From assembly GCA_963634745.1 (NCBI GenBank), contig CAVHCX010000003.1, positions 66,435-130,434 on the forward strand: a stretch of 64,000 nt of DNA. The letters are read 5' to 3'. The DNA is from Clostridium sp. CAG:343 (GTDB lineage Bacteria; Bacillota; Clostridia; Lachnospirales; Lachnospiraceae). This document shows positions 45,706-53,913 of the stretch, one piece after another (within the stretch, counting starts at the first letter, position 1; each line of letters opens with the position of its first letter). Below the pieces are notes generated by a model that worked only from the letters and a program-made list of their open reading frames with translations, was not told the origin of the DNA and did no database searches. The translations under genes were made by a program, and so were the position numbers.

Positions 45706-46491
45706 CTAAAACTGTGCTTCATGCATCCATACATATTTTTCATCTTCACACCGGTCTGTCTGAAGCCACGGATTTCCATCAATGTGGCGGATCATCCAGC
45801 AGGTATACATTTGGAATCCCGGTGCCACTGCCTGAGGATGAAGTTCTCCTCCCGGGATAGCGGAAAAGCTGTTATCCACGCTCTTAAATACCTGGTCTCC
45901 TACGAAACTTGCTCCAAAACCTTCCGGTCTGTCAAATTTAAAAAGATAAGTCTCCGGCTGCGGATGTCTGTGGGGAAGATAACCGGACCAGTTTCCCCTG
46001 TCGTTTAAGACCTCTCCCAGCACCATATTCGATTCCGGACAAATGTCATGATCAAAGATGGTATTGACCCGGCGCTTTGCCACATTTCCGAATTTGCCTA
46101 CACTGGAGTAGCCCCAAGGTGCATCCTCCGGTCCGTATAATTTGCCGGCAAATGTCTTGTCATTGTGGGTGCACTGTACAAGAATTTCTGCATCCTCATT
46201 AGCCTCCACTGCAACTTCCTTTCCGCTGCTTACATGAAGGGCCCAGGGTCCCTCGGTAAATACATCCTTTCTGCTAACAAGGGCTTCTTCATCTTCCCAT
46301 CTATAAGTAATTTCCCCTGAGAGAAGGAGGACTGCGATCTCCTCTCCCTCTCTTTTAAATTTTCTTGTCTCTCCTGCCTTCATGCGATAGACACGAATGT
46401 CCATCATCATGGCCTTATAGTCGTTGTCATAAGTGGTAAGAATCATCTCGCCATTTTCATCAAATTCCGGATAACCAAATACCTTACTCAC
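45706..46491 (-). CDS. iolB: 5-deoxy-glucuronate isomerase (KduI/IolB cupin)
   Basis: 261 aa with the GNWSGYLPHRHPQPETYLFKF core. Confidence 0.85.
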   Translation of the reverse strand: MSKVFGYPEFDENGEMILTTYDNDYKAMMMDIRVYRMKAGETRKFKREGEEIAVLLLSGEITYRWEDEEALVSRKDVFTEGPWALHVSSGKEVAVEANEDAEILVQCTHNDKTFAGKLYGPEDAPWGYSSVGKFGNVAKRRVNTIFDHDICPESNMVLGEVLNDRGNWSGYLPHRHPQPETYLFKFDRPEGFGASFVGDQVFKSVDNSFSAIPGGELHPQAVAPGFQMYTCWMIRHIDGNPWLQTDRCEDEKYVWMHEAQF

Positions 46492-46532
46492 AGTTTCACG
46501 CCTCCTAAATCTATCTCAATCTTTGAATTTTC

Positions 46533-48464
46533 TTAGTAATCTCTTGCTTCTCTTCTTCCTTCCAGAACGCCCTCACAGGCTTCTCTTACCGATTCCTTAG
46601 AAGAAGTGGTAGCAATTCCTACATTCCACCAGGACTCATATCCGTCGGTCATGGTTTTTGGGATGACCTTTAAATCAAAAAGACAAGCAACTTCCTGTTT
46701 CTTGGCATCCTCAAGTGCAGCCTCCAGCTCAGCAATGCTCTTGCAGGTATAGGTTTTAAGTCCATAGCCCTCTCCGACCTTTGCATAATCCACAGGGATT
46801 AGGTCCCCGCAAGGCTTCTTGCCATCGGTATAACGGAACTCGGTAGCAAGACTTCCGATTCCATGATTCATTTCCAGGTTATTGATGCATCCAAATCCAC
46901 AGTTGTCGAAAATCAGGATGTTTACTTTCTGTTTTTCCTGCATAATGGTCATAATCTCACTGTGAAGCATCTGGAAACTGGAATCACCTACTACGCAGTA
47001 GACTTCATTGTCCGGCTCTGCAAATTTCACTCCAAGGGTTGCTGCCACCTCATATCCCATGCAGGAATATCCATATTCTGCGTGATAGCCTCCCCTCTTA
47101 TCTGTGGTCCACATTCTCTGCATGCAGCTTGGAAGGGAACCACCGGCAGTAATAATAGTTGCGTCCTCATCGATCACTCTTCGGATGGCTGCTAAGGCTG
47201 CGGTCTGGGTAATCTTTCCTTCTGTCATCTTGACAAATTCCGGAATGGTTCTTGGATCTCTCGCCTTAATAATGGGTTCAAAATCATCTCCTGTATATGT
47301 AATGCCGGAAAGTCTGACCATCTCCTCATCCCATACTTTTTTGGCTACTTCGATTTCTCCACTGTAGGCAGACACATATCCTTTCGCCCGAAGCTTTGCT
47401 GCCAGGGACTCTAAGCTAACCTTTGCATCTCCCACTGCCTTTACGGCGTCCATCTTATAAGCGTGGAATCTGCAGTTGTTGATACTTACGAATTTTACAT
47501 CCGGGTTCTTAAACAAGCGCTTGGAGCTTGTGGTGAAGTCTGACATTCTAGAACCAATGGCGATTACCACATCTGCATCCTTTGCAATAATATTGGAAGC
47601 ATAGGTTCCTGTAACGCCGATTCCTCCCAAGCAGTAAGGGTGGCTGGATTTACAAGCACTTTTTCCCGCCTGACTCTCTCCAAATGGAATCTTAAATTCC
47701 TCACAGAATTTTTCTACGGTCTCACCGGCCTCAGAGTAGCGAACGCCTCCGCCTACAATTACCAAAGGTTTCTTAGCCTCTTCGATGATCTTTGCCAAGT
47801 CTTCCAATTCTTCTTCCACGGCTACAGGTCTTGTAATTCTGTGGACCCGCTTCTTAAAGAAATACTCCGGAAAATCGTAGGATTCTCCCTCCACGTCCTG
47901 GCAAAGGCCGATGCAGCAAGCTCCGGTCTCTGCCGGATCTGTCAGCACCCGCATAGCATTTATAAGGGCTGTCATGATCATCTCCGGTCTTGTGATGCGG
48001 TCCCAGTACTTGCATACAGGTTTAAAGGCATCATTGGTGGTTGTTGCAAGGCTATTGCTTTGCTCCAACTGTTGAAGAACCGGATCCGGCTGTCTGGAAG
48101 CAAATGTGTCTGCCGGAAATACCAAAAGAGGAATGTTATTTACCGTTGCTGTGGCGCAGGCAGTTACCATATTGGCAGCTCCGGGTCCTACAGAGGAAGC
48201 ACAAGGAATGATTTTCTTACGGTTATTCTGCTTTGCAAATGCAATGGCCACATGGCACATCCCCTGTTCATTTCTTCCCTGCAAGACTCTTAGCTGGCCC
48301 GGATCTGTATCTAAGGCCTCTCCAAGTCCCACTGCAATTCCATGTCCGAAAATCGTAAAGAATCCTTCTACGAACTTTGTCTCCTCTCCGTCCATGGAAA
48401 CATACTGATTATCAAGAAATTTTACAATTGCCTGGGCAACTGTCATACGAATTGTTTTAGTCAT
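46533..48464 (-). CDS. iolD: 3D-(3,5/4)-trihydroxycyclohexane-1,2-dione acylhydrolase (ThDP enzyme)
   Basis: 643 aa, collinear with B. subtilis IolD (IRMTVAQAIVKFLDNQYVSMDGEETKFVEGFFTIFGHG..., RQPDPVLQQLEQ, ITRPE). Confidence 0.95.
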   Translation of the reverse strand: MTKTIRMTVAQAIVKFLDNQYVSMDGEETKFVEGFFTIFGHGIAVGLGEALDTDPGQLRVLQGRNEQGMCHVAIAFAKQNNRKKIIPCASSVGPGAANMVTACATATVNNIPLLVFPADTFASRQPDPVLQQLEQSNSLATTTNDAFKPVCKYWDRITRPEMIMTALINAMRVLTDPAETGACCIGLCQDVEGESYDFPEYFFKKRVHRITRPVAVEEELEDLAKIIEEAKKPLVIVGGGVRYSEAGETVEKFCEEFKIPFGESQAGKSACKSSHPYCLGGIGVTGTYASNIIAKDADVVIAIGSRMSDFTTSSKRLFKNPDVKFVSINNCRFHAYKMDAVKAVGDAKVSLESLAAKLRAKGYVSAYSGEIEVAKKVWDEEMVRLSGITYTGDDFEPIIKARDPRTIPEFVKMTEGKITQTAALAAIRRVIDEDATIITAGGSLPSCMQRMWTTDKRGGYHAEYGYSCMGYEVAATLGVKFAEPDNEVYCVVGDSSFQMLHSEIMTIMQEKQKVNILIFDNCGFGCINNLEMNHGIGSLATEFRYTDGKKPCGDLIPVDYAKVGEGYGLKTYTCKSIAELEAALEDAKKQEVACLFDLKVIPKTMTDGYESWWNVGIATTSSKESVREACEGVLEGRREARDY

Positions 48465-48487
48465 GATTTTCCATCCTCCCCGGTGTC

Positions 48488-49522
48488 TTACACTCTTGCG
48501 ATCATTTCGCCAAATTTATCTTTTTCCTCTTTAATGAATGCATGTACTGCCTCAGGTCCCGGAAGGGAATCGGAACAGTTGTTGCTCCTTACCATCATGG
48601 ATGCCTCTGCAGAGCCAAACTCCAGACAGTCAATAACTTCCCAGCCCTCATACAAGCCATATAAAAATCCGGATCCGTATCCATCTCCGCCGCCAAAGCC
48701 TTTTCTTGCCTCTACCGGGAAGGGCTTGATGCTAAATTTCTGTCCGTCACAGGTGTAGGCGGTGGACCCCTTCATGCCATGCTTGATGACTACGATCTTG
48801 GCATTGTAGCCCTGCCACAGGCTGGCGCTTTCTTCATCGGTCATGCCTTCTTTTATAAGCTTTTCTGTAAGGTCAAACTCTTCTCTGGATCCCATAATGA
48901 TGTCGGCTTCCTTGGCTACGATGGAGTAATAAATAGAAATCTCATCCATGTTCTTCCAGTTGTATTCTCTGTAATCAATATCAAAAATGATTTTTGTATC
49001 ATTCTTCTTTGCCAACATCACTGCCTTAATGGCCGCCTCCCTGGAAGGACTTTCTGCCAGGGCAGTTCCGGAAATCAGGATAGCCTTGGACTGTTTGATA
49101 TATTCCTCATCAATGTCATCTACATGTAGCTGCAAATCTGCGATGCAGTTGCGATACATAAGAATGTGGCTTTCTTTTTCTGATAACATTTCTGTAAAGG
49201 TAAGTCCTAACTTTTCTCCCTTGCTACATCTTGTGATGTGGGAGGTATCGATTCCCTGTTTGTCGAAATATTCTGTAACAAAGTCACCGAACTGATCATC
49301 GGATACCTTTCCTAGGAAACCTGCTTTAAGTCCATGTCTTGTGACACCCACTGCAATGTTTGCCGGAGATCCACCAACAAATTTTTCAAAATGGTGTACA
49401 TCCTTTAAGGGCTTGAACTCTTCCTTTACCTGATCGTTGTAAGCAGGATTAAAATCAATCGCCACTCTGCCAAGAAGTATCAGATCCATGGGTCTTTTCT
49501 GGTCGAACTCTACATATTTCAT
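48488..49522 (-). CDS. iolC: 5-dehydro-2-deoxygluconokinase (PfkB family)
   Basis: 344 aa ribokinase-like protein. The N-terminus MKYVEFDQKRPMDLILLGRVAIDFNP resembles B. subtilis IolC. First gene of the operon. Confidence 0.9.
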   Translation of the reverse strand: MKYVEFDQKRPMDLILLGRVAIDFNPAYNDQVKEEFKPLKDVHHFEKFVGGSPANIAVGVTRHGLKAGFLGKVSDDQFGDFVTEYFDKQGIDTSHITRCSKGEKLGLTFTEMLSEKESHILMYRNCIADLQLHVDDIDEEYIKQSKAILISGTALAESPSREAAIKAVMLAKKNDTKIIFDIDYREYNWKNMDEISIYYSIVAKEADIIMGSREEFDLTEKLIKEGMTDEESASLWQGYNAKIVVIKHGMKGSTAYTCDGQKFSIKPFPVEARKGFGGGDGYGSGFLYGLYEGWEVIDCLEFGSAEASMMVRSNNCSDSLPGPEAVHAFIKEEKDKFGEMIARV

Positions 49523-49548
49523 TTTCTTTCATCCTCCTGGATTTTATG

Positions 49549-49737
49549 TTGCGTGTTTTTTGTTTTCTTGCGTGCTTTAATGCGTGTTTCATTTGATGTT
49601 TGTATATTAGCACACGCCTTTTAAATGTGCAACAGAATTCGTCATTCTTTTTTATTTCCCGCATAGTCCACAATTTATTGCGTGTGTTATTGTAGTTTTT
49701 GCACAAGAAAAGGTTTTTAGCACGCTCATTAGCACGC
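49549..49737. promoter_or_regulatory. array of at least 7 copies of the TTGCGTG(T/C) / (A/G)CACGCAA-type motif around the iolC promoter
   Basis: Plus-strand copies: ttgcgtgtt 49549, ttgcgtgct 49568, atgcgtgtt 49580, agcacacgc 49609 (inverted), ttgcgtgtg 49678, agcacgc 49719 and agcacgc 49731 (inverted, 12-bp period). Confidence 0.55.
49604..49632 (-). promoter_or_regulatory. candidate iolC operon promoter
   Basis: Minus strand has TTGCAC (49632..49627), a 17-nt spacer and TAATAT (49609..49604). The spacer contains one copy of the GCGTGTGCT motif. Confidence 0.5.
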
Positions 49738-49791
49738 AGCCCCCCAATTGTTCCCCAGAGACTTCCCAGCATATTGACACCATATGGCCAC

Positions 49792-49842
49792 AAAAAAAAG
49801 AAGCGTCACGGTAAAGATTAAAAAATCTCTACCGGACGCTTC
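49792..49842 (-). terminator. terminator of the Hpt gene
   Basis: Minus strand has GAAGCGTCCGGTAGAGAT-tttttaa-TCTTTACCGTGACGCTTC followed by TTTTTTTT. Confidence 0.8.
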
Positions 49843-49896
49843 CTTTGTGCTTCCTAATGATTCTATAAATACTGTCAGCTTCCTGACTTTTTTTAT

Positions 49897-50256
49897 CTAT
49901 TGATTCTCTGAAAATTCCTGAATCGCAGCTATAGTCTTCTTATACTCCGCCTCTACCTTCTCAAAGAGTTCTTCATATCCTTCTGCAAGTTCCCCGCCTC
50001 TGAGAAGTTCTGTAAGAGCATCACTTACAACAAAAAGATCATCAAAGGCCAAGTTCATACAGACACCTTTTAAAGTATGAGCTCCGCGAAATGCTTCTTC
50101 CGGGTCCTTCTTTTCAATTCCTTCTTTTAAATCCTGAAAACTGGTATCACTTAAAAATTTTATAAGAAAACGCTGAACTAAGGCATCACTTCCAAGTCGC
50201 CCCAATACGCCTTGGTAATCTCCTCCTAATTTTTCGTAACAGTTTTGAATGGTCAT
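49897..50256 (-). CDS. stand-alone histidine phosphotransfer (Hpt) domain protein
   Basis: 119 aa four-helix-bundle-sized protein with the HxxKG phospho-acceptor motif (GAHTLKGVCMNL). RBS AAGGAGAAG. Confidence 0.8.
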   Translation of the reverse strand: MTIQNCYEKLGGDYQGVLGRLGSDALVQRFLIKFLSDTSFQDLKEGIEKKDPEEAFRGAHTLKGVCMNLAFDDLFVVSDALTELLRGGELAEGYEELFEKVEAEYKKTIAAIQEFSENQ

Positions 50257-50279
50257 TGCTTCTCCTTATGTTTGATTAA

Positions 50280-50320
50280 ATACAACCTTGTCTATAAATT
50301 ACATACAACCTTGCTTATAA
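50280..50320 (-). repeat. two 18-nt direct repeats (23-bp period) immediately upstream of the Hpt RBS
   Basis: Plus strand has ATACAACCTTGTCTATAA (50280-50297) and ATACAACCTTGCTTATAA (50303-50320), 16/18 identical. Confidence 0.85.
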
Positions 50321-50455
50321 CAGCTAAACACGATTATTCTATCATACACATCTAAAAAAATCCATGTTTTTTCCTTTAAATTTTGTTTTTTTGTCAAATC
50401 TCCATTTTGCCACCATAGCGGTGGCAACGCTTTTTCAGACAAGGTGCTATACTCT

Positions 50456-51547
50456 TCACACAACGTGAAATACAAGGGATTCAATGACAGTCATTAGCAT
50501 AACCAGTAGGAATAATATTGCAAAACAAAGGCAAAAGACTCCCAGATATCGCGCGATTCGGTAAGGGCTCTTACACAGGGGAATAATCTTTTGTACATTT
50601 CTGTAATTAGAGCAGATAAAGATCCAGCTTAACATAATAAGCAATATAAAGCCCCTCTCCAACCACAGGGCAGCGCCGTAAGTATCCTTTAGGTCCATAG
50701 TAAGGCTTAAGTAGACCACAGAAAAATAGCCAAAGCAAGCGAGGGCTTCCTTCCATAGGATATGACTTCGAAAGCCCGGCAGCCTATTTTTTGAATAAGG
50801 CTTCTTAGCCTCCTCCTTAAAGGAGGGATTCAAGATCTTCAAAAAGTCCTGCATCAGGTCCCGGACCGACAGATAGCGATTTTTCGGATCCAACTGGGTA
50901 CACTTATTCGCGATCCTATATAAGTCTTTGGAATCACTATTGCAGCTGCACAAGAGTTCTTTAAGGACCATTCCCAAAGCATAGATGTCTGTCTGGGGAG
51001 AGGATGCACCGAATCCATACTGCTCCGGAGCCGCATAGCCCTTGGTGCCAAGGAGTACCGTATCTTCCTCTTGGTTTGCAGAATACACCTTCGCCGCATT
51101 AAAGTCTAAGAGCACCGCCTTATTATAGCTGGTGATTACAATATTTGAAGGCTTGATATCTCTGTGAACCACCGCAGGGCGTAAATTATGAAGCTTTAGA
51201 AGGATCTGACAAAGGTCCAGCATATAGCTTACGATGTCCCGACTCAAAAGATCTCCAGCATCCATTTTCTCTTGCAGGGTGCTGCCGGATATGTATTCCT
51301 CAATGAGATGAAGTTGTCCTTGTGCCTCATAACATTCTATAATCCTTGGAGTGCCTATCACAGGATGGGCTTGCAGCATACGGTAGATGTCCAGGTTATA
51401 TACATCTAAGATTTTCTTGATATATATCTTGCCGGTCTCTTGATGCTGAACCAAATATATCTTATGATCATGATTAATGGTTGCGATCATCTTATAGTAA
51501 GACAAGGCCAATTGAGTCGATAATTCCACGTTGTCTAGTCCTTTCAA
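50456..51547 (-). CDS. membrane-anchored Ser/Thr protein kinase-like protein (Hanks type, degenerate glycine loop)
   Basis: Shows HRDIKPSN (catalytic loop), DFNAAK (in place of DFG), GTKGYAAPE and a C-terminal 3-4 TM region. No GxGxxG. The start is uncertain (TTG 51547, GTG 51529 after AAAGGA, or ATG 51490). Confidence 0.75.
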   Translation of the reverse strand: MKGLDNVELSTQLALSYYKMIATINHDHKIYLVQHQETGKIYIKKILDVYNLDIYRMLQAHPVIGTPRIIECYEAQGQLHLIEEYISGSTLQEKMDAGDLLSRDIVSYMLDLCQILLKLHNLRPAVVHRDIKPSNIVITSYNKAVLLDFNAAKVYSANQEEDTVLLGTKGYAAPEQYGFGASSPQTDIYALGMVLKELLCSCNSDSKDLYRIANKCTQLDPKNRYLSVRDLMQDFLKILNPSFKEEAKKPYSKNRLPGFRSHILWKEALACFGYFSVVYLSLTMDLKDTYGAALWLERGFILLIMLSWIFICSNYRNVQKIIPLCKSPYRIARYLGVFCLCFAILFLLVMLMTVIESLVFHVV

Positions 51548-51585
51548 TGGTGTTGCTTAGTTCATTATACCAAACAGGAGAAGCT

Positions 51586-52047
51586 ATGAAAGAGAAAAGT
51601 ACTTATGAATTAAACGAAATTTTAGGAAAGACCCATTTATCAGATTTTGATGCCTATTGCAAGGCTAACAAAGAAAGCCTGGTCAATGAAGATTTCCCTT
51701 TTTCCGGATATATCAAGGATCTCCTGGCTAAGAAGGGGATTTCCCAGCAGACCGTTTTTCTGAAGGCAGATATTCCCGAACGATACGGCTATAAGCTATT
51801 ATCCGGGGAGAAACACACCAGACAAAGAGACGTGATTCTTCGCATTTGTTATGCCGGCGAGCTTACGTTGAGCGAGACCCAGCGAGCCCTTCATAAATAT
51901 GGATTACCGGAGCTTTACCCAAAGATCCCCAGGGATGCCATGCTTATGATCATTTTCAATGAACGTCCGGGAAGCATCATCGACGTCAACAGCCTCTTGA
52001 AGGAGCGAGGAATGGAACCTATGCGGACCAGCGGTTCGCAAGATTAA
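51586..52047 (+). CDS. XRE-like helix-turn-helix protein
   Basis: 153 aa from ATG 51586 (RBS CAGGAG). The HTH-like segment is KKGISQQTVFLKADIPERYGYKLLSGEKHTRQRDVILRI. The track's upstream extension (51481-51585) overlaps the kinase gene. Confidence 0.55.
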   Translation: MKEKSTYELNEILGKTHLSDFDAYCKANKESLVNEDFPFSGYIKDLLAKKGISQQTVFLKADIPERYGYKLLSGEKHTRQRDVILRICYAGELTLSETQRALHKYGLPELYPKIPRDAMLMIIFNERPGSIIDVNSLLKERGMEPMRTSGSQD

Positions 52048-52068
52048 CACCATACGAGGTAAAAGCTT

Positions 52069-52983
52069 ATGAAAAAAAGAAAATTATTGGCCCTTTGTTT
52101 TGTTCTTTCCCTTTCTGCTGCCACTATTTTTACTGGCTGCGGTTCAAGTTCCTCTTCCGGTGGAAGCAAGGATATTTCCACGGTAACCACGTCGGATGCT
52201 TCCGGAACCGGTACGGATGGCAGCAGCTCAAAGGATGCTGTAACGGTTGCCGAGCAAGTGCTCTACGATGCCAACAATGTAAAGATCACAGCCACAGGCC
52301 TCAGTGAGGATGATTCCTGGCTCGGCACCAGCCTGACCCTCCTCATTGAGAACAACTCGGATCAGAGCCTGACCATTCAGGCCAGGGATGCCAATGTAAA
52401 CGGATATATGGTAGACACCTCCATGTCCGCCAATGTAGCAGCCGGTATGAAGGCCAACGATTCCCTGGTTTTCCAGACTTCCGGTTTAGAAGAGTGCGGC
52501 ATTGAACAGATTGCTAGCATGGAATTTTCATTTACCATGTTAAACAGCGACACCTTTGAGACCGTCTTTGACAGTGATGTGATTACCGTAAATACCTCCA
52601 TCGCAGAGGGCTATACGCAGACCTACGATGATTCAGGAACCGTTCTTTTGGATGCCAACGGCATTAAGATCGTAGGCAAGGGCCTGTCCACCGATGATTC
52701 CTTCTGGGGACCGGGTGTCATTCTCTATATCGAGAACAATTCTGACCAGAATATCACGGTTCAGACCAGGGACACCTCTATCAACGGCTTTATGGTAACC
52801 TCTACCATCTCCGAATCTGTTCTTGTAGGCAAGAAGGCCATCACAGCGGTTCAATTTTATGATTCAGATTTGGAGAGCAATGGGATTACCGATATCACCA
52901 GCGTGAATTTATCCTTCCATATCTTCAACAGCGCATCCTGGGATGCAATTTTAGATAGCGACCCTATCACCATTACGTTCTAA
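52069..52983 (+). CDS. lipoprotein built from two tandem ~115-aa homologous modules
   Basis: Lipobox FTGC with an S/G/T-rich linker. Module 1 reads VLYDANNVKITATGLSEDDSWLGTSLTLLIENNSDQSLTIQARDANVNGYMVD... Module 2 reads VLLDANGIKIVGKGLSTDDSFWGPGVILYIENNSDQNITVQTRDTSINGFMVT... Confidence 0.8.
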   Translation: MKKRKLLALCFVLSLSAATIFTGCGSSSSSGGSKDISTVTTSDASGTGTDGSSSKDAVTVAEQVLYDANNVKITATGLSEDDSWLGTSLTLLIENNSDQSLTIQARDANVNGYMVDTSMSANVAAGMKANDSLVFQTSGLEECGIEQIASMEFSFTMLNSDTFETVFDSDVITVNTSIAEGYTQTYDDSGTVLLDANGIKIVGKGLSTDDSFWGPGVILYIENNSDQNITVQTRDTSINGFMVTSTISESVLVGKKAITAVQFYDSDLESNGITDITSVNLSFHIFNSASWDAILDSDPITITF

Positions 52984-53023
52984 TTTATTAAAAGTAAGTA
53001 TATTTATTTTAGGAGGATCCATT

Positions 53024-53389
53024 ATGAAAACTTGGAAATTAGTTTCCGGTATTATATCTATTATTTTATTTATCTTTGTTACCTTTCAGTCTTGTGCTGC
53101 AGGTATCGCCAACACTCTTGAGGAGTCCGGAGAAGTTTCCGGATCTGCCGGTCTTTTTGTAGCCATCTTAATGTTGGCCGGAGGTATTGTCTCCATCGCC
53201 TCCAGAGGGTCCGCGAAGAACGGCGGAAACATCGCCCTGATCGTTCTCTTTGGCCTGGCTGCCATTCTAGGCTTTGCCGGCCACGGCAGCTACTCAGACC
53301 TGATGATCTGGGCCGGATGGTGCCTCATCAATGCGGTCTTAGCCTTAATTGCTATCTTTAAGGGTAAGAAAAACACACCTGCGGAATAG
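53024..53389 (+). CDS. small integral membrane protein (3-4 TM)
   Basis: 121 aa, hydrophobic. AGGAGG RBS. Followed by a strong terminator. Confidence 0.65.
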   Translation: MKTWKLVSGIISIILFIFVTFQSCAAGIANTLEESGEVSGSAGLFVAILMLAGGIVSIASRGSAKNGGNIALIVLFGLAAILGFAGHGSYSDLMIWAGWCLINAVLALIAIFKGKKNTPAE

Positions 53390-53405
53390 GTCATTTTTAA
53401 ATAAC

Positions 53406-53457
53406 AAAAAAGAGCCCGGATGCTTTTGCAGCTATTGCAAGCATCCGGGCTCTTTTT
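53406..53457. terminator. bidirectional terminator
   Basis: AAAAAAGAGCCCGGATGCTTTTGCAgctatTGCAAGCATCCGGGCTCTTTTT. Confidence 0.9.
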
Positions 53458-53486
53458 AACTTTTTACTAATTTTGTCACTGCCAAA

Positions 53487-53816
53487 TTAATAGGAAGAGA
53501 TATTCAGACCAGTAATATCATCATTATCACAAGCTCCTGAGATACCGTCTTTACTATAATTTAAAGTCACTTTAAACTCTTTTCCGTCCGCATCCACAAA
53601 GGACAAGGTATAGTCTCCATATTTTTCAATGGTAACCGTTACCCCATCGTCCGTCACCCCACCGGTAATCCCTTCCGGATAATCTACCAGGGTATAGCTT
53701 TCGATTCCGTTTAATGTCACAAGGAATGTTTTCTCCTTAGAGCATCCCATAAGCATAAAACACGCGGCAAGCATAAGCGCAAACAATACGACTGGTTTTC
53801 TGAATCTCTTCTTCAT
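53487..53816 (-). CDS. small lipoprotein, unknown function
   Basis: 109 aa. Signal peptide with lipobox LMGC. Confidence 0.65.
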   Translation of the reverse strand: MKKRFRKPVVLFALMLAACFMLMGCSKEKTFLVTLNGIESYTLVDYPEGITGGVTDDGVTVTIEKYGDYTLSFVDADGKEFKVTLNYSKDGISGACDNDDITGLNISSY

Positions 53817-53913
53817 ATTAGCATCCTCTCTTTCATCTCTGGCTTCAACCTTATTCTGGCATTTTATCTATACATAAGATCATACGAAGGAAGTTATGAA
53901 AGGGCTAACTTTT

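Noticed and set aside
47640-48293. 217-aa plus-strand ORF inside iolD
   Set aside because: It is an antisense shadow of iolD, which is collinear with B. subtilis IolD. It has no RBS and an odd Cys/Arg-rich composition.
49455-49793. 112-aa ORF overlapping the iolC start and its upstream region
   Set aside because: It covers the promoter and motif array and overlaps iolC out of frame. Its composition is basic and low-complexity, and no RBS is present.
50299-50484. 61-aa ORF between the Hpt and kinase genes
   Set aside because: It overlaps the kinase 3' end and the Hpt upstream repeats. It has no RBS, and the region is better explained as intergenic regulatory DNA.
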